A program made the translations under genes and the position numbers. This document shows, piece by piece, positions 20,799 to 30,892 of a stretch of DNA of 64,000 nucleotides. Location: positions 96,001 through 160,000 of the forward strand of contig JBBIRS010000003.1 in NCBI GenBank assembly GCA_037441675.1, given 5' to 3'. This stretch comes from Planctomycetales bacterium (GTDB lineage Bacteria; 4484-113). Position 1 is the stretch's first letter, and each line of letters begins with the position of its first letter. The notes under the pieces are model-generated. The model saw only the letters and a program-made list of their open reading frames with translations. It had not been told where the DNA came from and searched no databases.

Positions 20799-21156
20799 AA
20801 AAAAAACCAGCCCTACATCATCGGGTAGTACCTCTACAGTGGGAGGATGAGGATGAGTCCGAAGACCCTTCCACTCCTTCCTCCTGGGGGAAGGACTGGT
20901 GTATTCTACCCAAGTTCTCACGGTGTCTTTCGTAGCGCTACCCCGAAGGGTAGGTTTCGGAAAGTCCTGTGGTGAACTCCTTTGGACTAAGACTCGCACC
21001 GTCACCCGAAGGCTTCGGTTTGAGACTCGTCCTCCGGGATGTCACCTTGAACCTCTGAGTTTACCGGGGTAAACTCTTGGTCCAAGGGAGGGATCCCTGG
21101 CAGAACTCCTAATCCTTCTTTTCAAGGTACCGCCCTCCGCAGGGCTGGGGTATACC
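20799..21156 (-). ncRNA. Large (~355 nt) highly structured non-coding RNA, family unassigned
   Basis: Own promoter, 10-bp terminal helix CCAGCCCUGC/GUAGGGCUGG followed by U8, nested helices with G-U pairs on this strand, three C(UUCG)G tetraloops, no credible ORF. Confidence 0.8.
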
Positions 21157-21162
21157 ACCTCA

Positions 21163-21191
21163 AAATTACTCTAGTTATTTAATCCTGTCAA
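21163..21191 (-). promoter_or_regulatory. sigma70-type promoter of the ncRNA
   Basis: Minus strand TTGACA (21191-21186), 17-nt spacer, TAATTT (21168-21163); predicted +1 at G21156. Confidence 0.75.
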
Positions 21192-21387
21192 TACCTTTTC
21201 ACATAAAATCACGTGAGCAAGTTATCAACAAAAGATGGGACAAGCTCTTTATGCTTTTTGTTCGTAGTTGTATTATTATTCTAACTACTTAAACATTACT
21301 TGGTATTTCTGAGTCTTAATGAGCGTTGGCTCAATTATGTTTGGCAAATCTCTGAACTTAATAAGTAAAACAATCGGGAGGATATCT

Positions 21388-22674
21388 ATGTGGAGAATTC
21401 TTGTTGCATTACTTTTCGTTTTCTTGGTTTCGTCCTGTAAAGAGACAAAGAAGGAGGCAAAACCAATTCTTCCGGTAGAAGAGCTACCTATTAAAGGTGG
21501 TAAGGGTTTACCCACTTCTTTAGAGGAGCTCTATCCAAAAGGTATAGAGGCAACACCAAAGGCGCAGAAAGTTGTGGAGGCGCTGGAAGAGGTGAGGATA
21601 GCGAGGTATAAGGGCGAGCAAAAAGAGGTGTCAGAGGAGATTTTTGAACAAGTGCGTTCCTTTATTAATGGCAAGAATCCGCTTGATAACAAGGTGTTAA
21701 TGCTTCATAGGCTGTTGCTCGCGGATGCTCATATTCCAAGGGAATTGATACTGCAAGTTGTAGAAGAGGCAAAATCGGATGAAGAATTGAGCGAGCCAAT
21801 TCTCTTTTCGGTAGGCGTTTTGGCGAGGCTAGCGTTGATGGAAATGCTATCGGATAAGGAGAAAGGGCAGGAGGGTGAAAATCCGGAGAACATTAGGAAA
21901 TTGGCGGAGGATGAATTTTCACTCTTTGAAAGAGCTTTCAAGAAAAGACCTCACGATGGTATTTACGCCTTCGGTCTAATAGGTGCTTATTATGACCGCT
22001 CAATTGGCAGAAAGGGCGGAAAGTTTGACTTACAAAGCTTCGCTGAGGAGTTCACTTTAGACAGAGTGGACGAACTAATTAACGCATTGGAGAACACTAA
22101 GGGGATGCGCAGTCTAAGCAGTCCTCCGTGGTTGACCTATGAAATTGAGTGGAAAATTGTGCCACCAGCTGTTTACGGCGATGCTAGGATTTGGGGACCA
22201 TGGGTCACTAGCTCGGATAAGTCACTTAACTCTGTTCTGGAGATACTCGTGCGAAAGGGTGACTTTGAACGCGCGACTAAAATCGCAATGCTTCTAAGGT
22301 TTATTCTGTCGTACACTCCTTTATCCATTGAAGGTATGCTCTATACTTTGGAGACCGCAAAGGGATACGCGGAAGTAATAATAAGGAGCGTTACGGATAA
22401 GGAGCTCAAAAAGAAAGCAGAGATCCATTACGACAACCTGAAGAATGGCACTGCTGATTGGCAAAAGAAGGCTGAGGAGTTAAAGGCTGAGCGCCATAGG
22501 CTAATCGCTGAGGGAAGCCCGGCGGAAGCTATGGAACAGGAAGAGGCGTTTCGGCAAATCATTTATGGTTCGCTAGTTCGGGCGTTTGATGCAATGGAAG
22601 ATATCCTTAAGGAGCTTTACAGGTGCCAGAGAGAGAAGGAAGAGGCACAAAAGGGGACAAACAAGCAAGAATGA
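21388..22674 (+). CDS. Hypothetical alpha-helical lipoprotein
   Basis: SD GGAGG before ATG 21388; lipobox LVSS-C. Confidence 0.7.
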   Translation: MWRILVALLFVFLVSSCKETKKEAKPILPVEELPIKGGKGLPTSLEELYPKGIEATPKAQKVVEALEEVRIARYKGEQKEVSEEIFEQVRSFINGKNPLDNKVLMLHRLLLADAHIPRELILQVVEEAKSDEELSEPILFSVGVLARLALMEMLSDKEKGQEGENPENIRKLAEDEFSLFERAFKKRPHDGIYAFGLIGAYYDRSIGRKGGKFDLQSFAEEFTLDRVDELINALENTKGMRSLSSPPWLTYEIEWKIVPPAVYGDARIWGPWVTSSDKSLNSVLEILVRKGDFERATKIAMLLRFILSYTPLSIEGMLYTLETAKGYAEVIIRSVTDKELKKKAEIHYDNLKNGTADWQKKAEELKAERHRLIAEGSPAEAMEQEEAFRQIIYGSLVRAFDAMEDILKELYRCQREKEEAQKGTNKQE

Positions 22675-22699
22675 GAGAGAGGCGTCACGAGCTTCACAA

Positions 22700-23914
22700 C
22701 TAGGAGGGTAGCGTTTCCTCTATTAAACCACAGCCGACGACGGTTTCATCATCGCAGAATACACACCACTGCCCCGGAGAGATGAACTGCTGAGGCTCTA
22801 AAAATTCAACGAACAGTTCCTGAGGTGGGTCTAAGTGAGTATTTACAGTATTGACAGAGGATTGCGCGGAGTTTGCCATCGTCGTTTTGATGGTGGCGAG
22901 TACCTCTTTCTGACGATAACGTGTCCGCACGCTTAGGGGTTTGCCTGAGTTTACGAAACCTTCAACTAGTATATTGACGTGCGAGAGCCTAATGGCAGAT
23001 GCTAGCTTCTTACCCTGCTCAGCTACTATCACTGAGTTCGTAGTTGGGTCAATGTCCACCACGTAACGAGGAGGACCTCCGCTGATTCGTAAGCCCTTTC
23101 TCTGACCGCGGGTGAAGTATTCAATGCCCTTGTGTTCACCCAGCTCTGCCCCTGAGATGTCCTTGATTATTCCTGGTGAAGGTTCCTTGCCCAGAGCGGT
23201 GCGGAGCCAATAGGTAATGTCGTGCCCCGAGTGTAGAAAGCAGACGTCCTGGGAATCTGGCATCTTTGCAGTCGGTAGGTTTGCTTCCTGAGCAATTGCA
23301 CGAACTTGCTCCTTCAGATACTCTCCGCAAGGGAACAGCACCCTTTTCATTTCTTCAGTGGTAATCATTGCGACAAAGTAGGATTGGTCTTTGTTACGGT
23401 CAATTCCTCTAAGGAGCCGCAAGTTAGCTCCATTATCAAATCGGGATTTTAGGTTCAGCCAATCGGATTTTGGCGAGTTTGGTAGGCTTTTTTGGAAATT
23501 ATTTGCATCAACTATTCGCGCGTAATGTCCTGTCGTAAGGAATTGGCAGTCCATACTATCAGCGATTTGGAGAAAGTGCTTGAACTTGATAAATCTGTTA
23601 CAATCCACGCAAGGGTTTGGAGTCCTGCCACTACTATACTCGGTGGCGAACCTCTTGATAACTTTCTCAAAGAAAGGCTCTTTTAGGTTAATCATATAAT
23701 GCGGGACGCCAAGAGTGTCGCACACTCTTCTAGCGTTGTAGGCTGCTAAAATGGAACAGCAAGAACCTTCGGTATCATCACCGAGAAGTTTTGCAGTGAA
23801 TCCAACAACATTGTAACCAGCATTCTTGAGCAAAAGTAAAGCGACTGAGCTGTCCACACCACCACTCATCGCAACCGCAACTCGTGGATTTTTGTGCGCA
23901 ATTTTTTCTACCAT
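22700..23914 (-). CDS. mnmA: tRNA 2-thiouridylase MnmA
   Basis: AMSGGVDSS, GRTPNPCVDCN (CxxC type), TGHYAR, KDQSYF, DSQDVCF, T.GQRKGL. Confidence 0.97.
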   Translation of the reverse strand: MVEKIAHKNPRVAVAMSGGVDSSVALLLLKNAGYNVVGFTAKLLGDDTEGSCCSILAAYNARRVCDTLGVPHYMINLKEPFFEKVIKRFATEYSSGRTPNPCVDCNRFIKFKHFLQIADSMDCQFLTTGHYARIVDANNFQKSLPNSPKSDWLNLKSRFDNGANLRLLRGIDRNKDQSYFVAMITTEEMKRVLFPCGEYLKEQVRAIAQEANLPTAKMPDSQDVCFLHSGHDITYWLRTALGKEPSPGIIKDISGAELGEHKGIEYFTRGQRKGLRISGGPPRYVVDIDPTTNSVIVAEQGKKLASAIRLSHVNILVEGFVNSGKPLSVRTRYRQKEVLATIKTTMANSAQSSVNTVNTHLDPPQELFVEFLEPQQFISPGQWCVFCDDETVVGCGLIEETLPS

Positions 23915-24071
23915 CTCTTCATTATTATTACAGCTTCTTAAACGAATATTACTTTAATAAGCTTTTCGCAATTATTATGCTTTCAATCCTCTGATAGAAT
24001 AACATAGAATAACCATAGAATAACGAGGGACTGCTAAATGAGTTTTTATCTGGTATCAGGTTATAGAATCG

Positions 24072-24866
24072 ATGAATAAAGCAAGCAATTTATCTACATT
24101 TCGGTCCACTTACAAGGTTCATACTTCACAACTTCCAAAGAACTTCATTTACGGGATAAATCCAATAGCGGAGGCAATAAAGGCAGGTTACTTGAAGCGA
24201 TTATTCGTGCTTAACTCCTTAATCATCTCCAACAGAAGAGTTAAGGAGCTTGTAAACTTGGCGGGTGAGAGAGGAATAAAAGTTGAGGAGATGGGAATAC
24301 AGCGGTGGATTAAGGCTCTTTATGGCGCTCAACATCAAGGCGTTGCAGGAATAATAAGGAATTTTACAGGCACAAGTCTTGTCGATGTGCTGAGGGATTT
24401 CCAAGAGAAGGGTGCGGTAGTGCTTTTGGATGGAGTAAATGATCCGCACAATCTGGGCGCGGTTATTAGAAACGCCGCATCAGTTGGCGCTACGGTGATT
24501 TTGCCAAAGACAAACGTTCCTTCAATAAATGCTACGGTTCATAAAGTCTCAGCGGGATGCACTTTTATCACTAAGATAGTTCTAGATCAAAACCTTTCCC
24601 AGGCGATTAATAGGCTAAAAAAGGAAGATTTTTGGGTTACTGCTTTAGATCCGCATCATGGAACTTCCATCTTTGATTTTGAGTTTCCGAAGCGATTTGT
24701 GGCTATCTTCGGTAGTGAAGAGAGGGGAGTTAGACAGAAGCTTATTGAGAAGAGTGACTATCTATTAAGAATACCAATGGCGGAGGGAGTGGATTCTCTA
24801 AACTTAAGCACAGCGGTAGCGGTTACACTTTACTTTTATAAGAGATGGCAGGAAATGGGAAGGTGA
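24072..24866 (+). CDS. rlmB: TrmH/SpoU family 23S rRNA methyltransferase (RlmB-like)
   Basis: HQGV, LDGVNDPHNLGAVIR, GSEERG, IPM...DSLNLS. Confidence 0.88.
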   Translation: MNKASNLSTFRSTYKVHTSQLPKNFIYGINPIAEAIKAGYLKRLFVLNSLIISNRRVKELVNLAGERGIKVEEMGIQRWIKALYGAQHQGVAGIIRNFTGTSLVDVLRDFQEKGAVVLLDGVNDPHNLGAVIRNAASVGATVILPKTNVPSINATVHKVSAGCTFITKIVLDQNLSQAINRLKKEDFWVTALDPHHGTSIFDFEFPKRFVAIFGSEERGVRQKLIEKSDYLLRIPMAEGVDSLNLSTAVAVTLYFYKRWQEMGR

Positions 24867-24898
24867 GAATTGGCGAAAGAAAGGCACGCTGAATGAGT

Positions 24899-25606
24899 TT
24901 ATGCTGCAGTTCTTGCTTCAAAGAGGATGAAATTATTCCCGTCCCGGGTGAAGAATACGTTTCCGCTGTTGATTAAATCTAAAATTACTGTAAAAGCAGA
25001 AACAACCCAAGATAGGTTCATCCGCATTGTCAATAGTCCAATTATTGGAATTCCTTCCTTTGAGGATTTGATAGATCCGTATATCTCCTTGTAAACCACC
25101 TCATAGGGATAATCTTCTTCAATAAAATTCAAGACGGGTGGTTGTTCCAACCTTGAAATGACCTCGTTAAAGGCGTTAATTAGGTCGTATAGTGAGACAT
25201 CTTTCAGGGCATATACAACTTCTTTACTCTGTTCAGGGGGTTTGAGTGGTGGGAGATACTTTGCCTGATGGCGAAGCATACTATTTAGGAGCTCCACCGT
25301 TTTTCTTATACTTTTATACGCAGAAATCCTTTGGGAAATGTCAGGGGTTTCTTCGTCTTTTACATTTAGGCTTTCATCATCTTCTTCCTCTTCGCTCGCA
25401 GGCAGAAGTAGTTTGCTTTTCATCTCTAAGAGAAAGCATAGGTATACAAGCTCTTGATACACGCTATCAAGTGAGAGAGTTTCCGTTAATTTCTGTAAAA
25501 TAGACTTCACCAAAGAGAGCAAGTTGATGTCAAATAAGACCTCCCTTTGAGCGATAGCGTACTTAGCTAGCTCACTTGGTTTCTTGCTTTGTAGGCTTAA
25601 ATACAT
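24899..25606 (-). CDS. scpA: Segregation/condensation protein A (kleisin), divergent
   Basis: LLEMKSKLLLP, VSLYDL..AF, VV.AF..ILDL; located next to a site-2 protease as is usual. Confidence 0.75.
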   Translation of the reverse strand: MYLSLQSKKPSELAKYAIAQREVLFDINLLSLVKSILQKLTETLSLDSVYQELVYLCFLLEMKSKLLLPASEEEEDDESLNVKDEETPDISQRISAYKSIRKTVELLNSMLRHQAKYLPPLKPPEQSKEVVYALKDVSLYDLINAFNEVISRLEQPPVLNFIEEDYPYEVVYKEIYGSIKSSKEGIPIIGLLTMRMNLSWVVSAFTVILDLINSGNVFFTRDGNNFILFEARTAA

Positions 25607-25639
25607 AATGGATTAAGGGTTTAACAATACACTAAAATT

Positions 25640-26338
25640 TTAACCTAGCAGGCTGGCGACAGCCTTCTCAACATAAAGTGAGAACTCGCTTCCAAATAGA
25701 AGTCCAATCCCAGAAAAGAGCACTAGGAAAGCAAAGTGAAATGTAGAACCTATTATGTGGATGCGGTCATCAAAGAGGACTAGGAATAGGATGAACAAAA
25801 TACCCACTTGAGTTAAGGCGTTGTATCTAACCATTAAACGCCATGGGAGGAACATAGAAACCACACGGCTACCATCTAGTGGCGGTATTGGTAGTAAATT
25901 AAATATCATAAGAACGTAGTTTATAAGGACTAGAATACCAAAGAATCCGACAACGAATAGAGATGCATCTACGTTTTGCGCGGAAAAGATATAAACTACG
26001 AACAGACTTAGAATCAAAAGGGATAGGTTGGCAAAAGGACCTGCAAGAGCGGTAATTATTACGCCTTTTCGGTAATTGCGAAAGAATGCTGGATTTATCG
26101 GCACGGGTTTAGCCCACCCGATGAACGGCACGCCGAGAAACACGATTAGAACCATAAAGATAGTTCCGACCGGATCAAGATGTTTCAGCGGGTTAAGGCT
26201 TAATCTGCCATAAGTACGTGGAGTGGGATCACCTTGTGCGTCCGCCGCAGCTCCATGGGAGACTTCGTGGAAAACAACTGACAGTATCAAGCCAACAAAA
26301 ATTGCTAGCTTCGCCAACCATTGCGAACCATCAGCCAT
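25640..26338 (-). CDS. Site-2 (M50) intramembrane metalloprotease
   Basis: HEVSH, GD.TP..GRLSLNP, GWAKPVP, AGP..N, FNLLPIPPLDG. Confidence 0.95.
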   Translation of the reverse strand: MADGSQWLAKLAIFVGLILSVVFHEVSHGAAADAQGDPTPRTYGRLSLNPLKHLDPVGTIFMVLIVFLGVPFIGWAKPVPINPAFFRNYRKGVIITALAGPFANLSLLILSLFVVYIFSAQNVDASLFVVGFFGILVLINYVLMIFNLLPIPPLDGSRVVSMFLPWRLMVRYNALTQVGILFILFLVLFDDRIHIIGSTFHFAFLVLFSGIGLLFGSEFSLYVEKAVASLLG

Positions 26339-26420
26339 TAAATCATTTCACCGTTGATGAGATTGGCTTTCATTATACAGCTTGAGCATGTTAATTTTTT
26401 GAAAATATCAAGTTAGTTAC

Positions 26421-27470
26421 CTACTTTCCTGACTTTTTAGTTTCAGGCTGAACCTTTTTATTATTTGTTTTGGCGTTTTTCTCTTCTTTCTTCTCTTCTT
26501 TTTTCTCTTTCTTTGGCACCTCTTTGAGAACAAATTCTTCCTTCGTTCGTGGGACGCCCACCCAGGTAGAAGCAGATAAGGCGTATATCTGATTCAGATG
26601 CGTGTTTTCCACGTAGCGTTTCCTGTCTTCCGTTTCAGGTGACACAATTAGTTTGACGTCTTCATTGCCCACTTTGAATTCTATCGTGAAATCAGGAGTA
26701 TCAAGCTTATACTCCGGTTTCCTGCCTCCATCTAATAAACTTATCGCAACCATTCCGCTTATTCTTGATAGAAACTCAACCACAATGTTTGAATCCGCTT
26801 TCAAATCTCCCGGATATGTGAATTGCCACATTCCGTCTTTATCTCTCTCCAGTATGAATGATGAGTTCGCACTAGTAAAAGCGATTTTTGTAATATCTTC
26901 CCTATTGTATCGGAAAGGGGCTTTATCTCTCCATTCATCCGGGTCCCTTTGCCAGAAACTATTCTTGTTTTCTGCTACAAGAAATATCTTTGTCTCATCG
27001 GGCTTAACCGCATAGGTGCTTCTAAAATCTGGTCCAGCTTTGCCAAGAAAGAGCTTATATGAGCTTTTGTCTTCGGGGCTTTTGGCGAGTGTAACCTTTA
27101 GTGCGGTTTTGTCAGATAGTTCAAATTTTTCAAGCTTCTCCTTGCCCTCCGCGATTAGTTCCGCTGGTTCAACATTCGTGAAGTATTCCAAAGCTTCCTC
27201 AACATCTGGAGGATTCACTGGAAACCATCTACCGTCGTTCAATAGAACAAACCAACGGTCTTCCTCCTTCTTTAGTTTTATCTTCTTCTCGTCCTTCTCA
27301 AATTCAATGTAATTAATACCATCTTTTTTAATCCCCTGAAAGAAGGGTTGAAGTTCAGCTTTTTTAATATGCTCAGCGCGTCTTTCGCCGAATGTGGCTA
27401 ATACGTAAATGACAAGCAAAACAACTATCGCTAATGCTAGTAGGATGTAACTTAAATTCTTACGAAGCAT
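26421..27470 (-). CDS. DUF4340-like periplasmic protein of a Gld-type ABC system
   Basis: N-terminal TM, two repeated domains, WRDK motif; last gene of the ABC operon. Confidence 0.75.
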   Translation of the reverse strand: MLRKNLSYILLALAIVVLLVIYVLATFGERRAEHIKKAELQPFFQGIKKDGINYIEFEKDEKKIKLKKEEDRWFVLLNDGRWFPVNPPDVEEALEYFTNVEPAELIAEGKEKLEKFELSDKTALKVTLAKSPEDKSSYKLFLGKAGPDFRSTYAVKPDETKIFLVAENKNSFWQRDPDEWRDKAPFRYNREDITKIAFTSANSSFILERDKDGMWQFTYPGDLKADSNIVVEFLSRISGMVAISLLDGGRKPEYKLDTPDFTIEFKVGNEDVKLIVSPETEDRKRYVENTHLNQIYALSASTWVGVPRTKEEFVLKEVPKKEKKEEKKEEKNAKTNNKKVQPETKKSGK

Positions 27471-29141
27471 TTAAGTTTCACCCCCGGTGGCTGGTAAGTA
27501 CTTGTGTTTGATGGCGATCCTCTTCTTAAGCCTCATCATCCATCTTAGAATACCGAAGAAGATTAAAAGAGCGGGAACTCCAATTATGTTGCCGTACTTT
27601 ATCAAGTTCTTGGCTGGCTCTGTGAGATTCACCCTAATGGGATTTGACGTGAGCCCTCTGGATCGTATGCCAATTAGGGCTTCTCCCTGGGAAAGCCAGT
27701 CCGCTAGATTCTCAAGGAAAAGCGCATTCTCGGGGAACTGCCTGACGTATCCATCTTCTAGAAACCTTCCGCAGGCTATTGCAATAACTGTGGCTTCGCT
27801 GGTGCCATCCTTTATGAAATTTTTTGGGTCAAGGACTCTGCTCAAGAGAGTTTTTCTATCTTCCTCTGCGTCCTCTGGAATTTTAGGAGGTCCATCCTTC
27901 TTGAATGCTGATGGAAGTTTACCTCGAATTATGTAACCCAAAGTGTACTGACCAATTTCAGCATTTAAACGTGATGTTCTAAAATCTTGCTGTGGATTTA
28001 GGTCAAAGGGAGACTTAATAGTCCAGGCTTTATCCGTAGTCTTAAAAAGCGGTTCGTAGGTTATTCCCGCCGGTCTATCATCAGCAAGCTCTAGGTAGCC
28101 TGTCCAAGGAAGTACAAGCGATTCAAGGGACGCGGTCGGCGGGAGAGTCTTATTGAATTTATCCGGAAGGATTTTCACCCACATTGGATAGGGTAGGGAC
28201 AAAACGAACGCTCCCGCGCTAAAGCTTGCGATTGCATTGCTCAAATCAAGAACTAATTGTTTCTTCAAACTTACGCCAAACTTTTCAATCATCGTTTCAA
28301 TCCCTGGCAAAGCTGGGTAAGCTTGAAGCCCTTGGCTTGGCATCATTGCGGCATCCATCGGCGCAATTAGACTTCCGCCCTTCATTAGGAATTGATCGAT
28401 TACGTATTTGGCTTCCTCCGAAAGCCCCATAGGATTTAGCACAATGAGCGTTTTAGCTTCACTAGGAATTTCTAGCTTGGTTTCCAGCTCAACATCTTTG
28501 ATAGTGAAACGCTCCCTTAACAGATCTTTTAACTGGGTGAATCTGGATTCTGGAGCTTGCTCACTAAATGAGAACCTTCTGGAAAAATCCGCAACCGCAA
28601 TTGTCGGAAGTTCTTCTCTCGTTAATTTGAGGATTCTAGAGGTTATATCGTATTCAAAGTTGCCGGGATTTTCTAGGACTGGAATAACTTCTTTCTTATC
28701 CTCGTAAATTAGGGCGAGTCCAAGGTAAACCTTGACAACCTGAAGTTGATCTTTGGCGATTGCTTGCATTTGCACTTCGGGAATGCCGAGATTCTCCGCA
28801 CGCTTTTGCATCTCAGGGTTATTTGTCGGGTCAATCAAACGGTATCTGAACGAGCCACCACTTGACGCCTCGTATTCTGCAAGGATATCCTTTATTCTTT
28901 CGCTAAGTGGTTGAGCGGAGGCAGGCAAATCCCGAGATAGGAATAGTTCAGCATTCAACCTTCCCTTTATATCCCTAATTATTTTTACCGTGGATTGGCT
29001 GAGTGAATATGCTTTATCCTTGGTAATGTCAAATCGCTTGTAGAACTTCCAAGAAACTAGGCTGATAAGAATAACGAGTATCAATACCAGTGCAATTTCA
29101 AAGGATTCTCGTTGTCTGCGAATTGTCTTAGGTTTAGGCAT
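27471..29141 (-). CDS. GldG-like ABC transporter auxiliary component
   Basis: RFDIT.DK.YSLS..T, EYDITS.I, IDQFLMKGG, N..FLENL.DWL...LI.IRSR; start more likely 29141 than 29192. Confidence 0.88.
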   Translation of the reverse strand: MPKPKTIRRQRESFEIALVLILVILISLVSWKFYKRFDITKDKAYSLSQSTVKIIRDIKGRLNAELFLSRDLPASAQPLSERIKDILAEYEASSGGSFRYRLIDPTNNPEMQKRAENLGIPEVQMQAIAKDQLQVVKVYLGLALIYEDKKEVIPVLENPGNFEYDITSRILKLTREELPTIAVADFSRRFSFSEQAPESRFTQLKDLLRERFTIKDVELETKLEIPSEAKTLIVLNPMGLSEEAKYVIDQFLMKGGSLIAPMDAAMMPSQGLQAYPALPGIETMIEKFGVSLKKQLVLDLSNAIASFSAGAFVLSLPYPMWVKILPDKFNKTLPPTASLESLVLPWTGYLELADDRPAGITYEPLFKTTDKAWTIKSPFDLNPQQDFRTSRLNAEIGQYTLGYIIRGKLPSAFKKDGPPKIPEDAEEDRKTLLSRVLDPKNFIKDGTSEATVIAIACGRFLEDGYVRQFPENALFLENLADWLSQGEALIGIRSRGLTSNPIRVNLTEPAKNLIKYGNIIGVPALLIFFGILRWMMRLKKRIAIKHKYLPATGGET

Positions 29142-29143
29142 TT

Positions 29144-29860
29144 TTACTTCACCTTTGTGCCGCGAACGACCTTGACTGTTAGATACTGGCATAGAAACAC
29201 CACCAAGGCGTAATAAATGACATCTCTTGTGTCAATGACACCTCTAGCAAGACCGCTAAAGTGATTTGACAGGCTCAGATACTCCGCTAGGGGATAAAAA
29301 GCGGTTGGCAGAAAGAGGGTAACAATTGGCTCGCCAGCTATCATAAGTCCTGCAACAATGATTACTCCGATGATGAAAGCGACGATTTGATTCTTTGTCA
29401 TAGAACTTACGAAAGTTCCAATGGAAAGGACAGCTGAGCTCAAAAGCAATGTGCCAAGATAGTTAGCGAAAACAACTCCCCATTCTGGCTGTCCAAGGAG
29501 ACCGACCGTGACAGCTAGCGGAAGAGTGAGCGCAATGGTTATAGCGTAAACAGCCAAAGCAGCCAGATACTTGCCTAGAACAACCTGCCACTCTTCTACA
29601 GGCAAGCTGAAGAGGAGTTCGTTTGTTCCAGCCTTTCTCTCTTCAGCCCAAAGGCGCATAGTAATCGCAGGTACAAAAAAAAGAGTTATCCACGGAACAA
29701 TCACAAAGAAACCGCGCATAGTTGCCTCGTTCATTAGAAAGAAGGTGCGGAAAAAGAGCCAAGTTGATACGACTAGAAATGCGGTGATGAATATGTAAGC
29801 GATAGGGCTCTCAAAGTAAACTTTTAGTTCCTTTCGTGATATGTTAAGTGCCTTTCGCAT
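29144..29860 (-). CDS. ABC-2 permease (GldF-like)
   Basis: KEL..YF.SPIAY, PAITMRLWAEERK.GT.ELL, T.NQIVAF, RGVIDTRD. Confidence 0.92.
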   Translation of the reverse strand: MRKALNISRKELKVYFESPIAYIFITAFLVVSTWLFFRTFFLMNEATMRGFFVIVPWITLFFVPAITMRLWAEERKAGTNELLFSLPVEEWQVVLGKYLAALAVYAITIALTLPLAVTVGLLGQPEWGVVFANYLGTLLLSSAVLSIGTFVSSMTKNQIVAFIIGVIIVAGLMIAGEPIVTLFLPTAFYPLAEYLSLSNHFSGLARGVIDTRDVIYYALVVFLCQYLTVKVVRGTKVK

Positions 29861-29911
29861 TTCTTACTTCTCCACGAGTTGAAATAATTGATTGAACTTC
29901 TGCTTCCTCAT

Positions 29912-30892
29912 TTATGCCTGCGCTTCCTCTTTTGTTGTTACTACTGCCGTTGATTCACCTCTGGTAAGCTCTAAGAAAACTTCTTCCATTGTTGCAACCT
30001 TCGGAATTAGCTTTCTCATTTTTCCATTCACACTTACTACCGCATTAAAAATATTTTCACTAACGTCAAGATCATTTGTGGATGTCAGGAAGAACCTAGT
30101 CCAACCGTCCATTAGCTTTTCTTCTTCGGTCACTGCGACAAAATCGGATAGTTTGGAGAGAAGGGATGGTTTATCGCCAATGAATTCAATTTCATAAGAC
30201 TTCTGACCACTCGCCATTTTAGCCAAACTTTCCGGCGTGCCCTCCGCTACTATTCTCCCTCTGCTTATTACAACAATGCGGTCGCTGGTTTTTTGAGCTT
30301 CATCGAGGATGTGGGTGGAGAAAAGGATTGCTTTCTCTTTGCCAGCCTCCCGAATTAACCTTCTAATCTCTATTATCTGGGTTGGGTCAAGCCCACTGGT
30401 TGGTTCATCTAGAATAAGGCAGGGAGGGTCGTGAATTATGGCGACCGCAAGTCCGACCCTTTGACGATAACCTCGGGAAAGTTCCGCTACATCTTTGTAA
30501 ACCATCTCGGAAAGTGAGCAGATTTGAATGATTTCGTCAATGCGATCTTCCAGCTTTCTGCCGTAAATCTTGTGCATTCTCCCAACGAACCTTAAAAGGT
30601 CTATGACAGGCAGTTCCTCATAAAGCGGTGTATTTTCGGGAAGATATCCTATTTGCTCTCTTAGGGCAATTGGCTCTTCCCAGAGGTCTTTTCCGTTGAC
30701 ACGCACAGTCCCTGTTTCTGGGGTCAAAAGTCCCATCATCACCCGCATAGTTGTTGTCTTGCCTGCTCCATTTGGACCAAGAAATCCGACTACCTCTCCC
30801 TTGTTTACGGTTAGGTTCACATTGTCAACCGCAAGTGTTTCACCAAAATGTTTAGTTATTTCACGAACTTCAATCATACGTGTAACCGCCAA
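29912..30892 (-). CDS. ABC transporter ATP-binding protein (GldA-like)
   Basis: GPNGAGKT, LSRGYRQRVG, ILDEPTSGLDP, STHIL. Confidence 0.95.
   Translation of the reverse strand: MAVTRMIEVREITKHFGETLAVDNVNLTVNKGEVVGFLGPNGAGKTTTMRVMMGLLTPETGTVRVNGKDLWEEPIALREQIGYLPENTPLYEELPVIDLLRFVGRMHKIYGRKLEDRIDEIIQICSLSEMVYKDVAELSRGYRQRVGLAVAIIHDPPCLILDEPTSGLDPTQIIEIRRLIREAGKEKAILFSTHILDEAQKTSDRIVVISRGRIVAEGTPESLAKMASGQKSYEIEFIGDKPSLLSKLSDFVAVTEEEKLMDGWTRFFLTSTNDLDVSENIFNAVVSVNGKMRKLIPKVATMEEVFLELTRGESTAVVTTKEEAQA

Noticed and set aside
20959..20968. GGAAAGTCC on the + strand resembling RNase P P4
   Set aside because: Lacks the preceding GA and the 3' P4 partner. Promoter, U-tail, UUCG loops and G-U pairs all indicate the minus strand.
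20700..21005. 101-aa minus-strand ORF
   Set aside because: Overlaps the res 3' end and the structured RNA, has no SD and no protein-like features; a shadow ORF.
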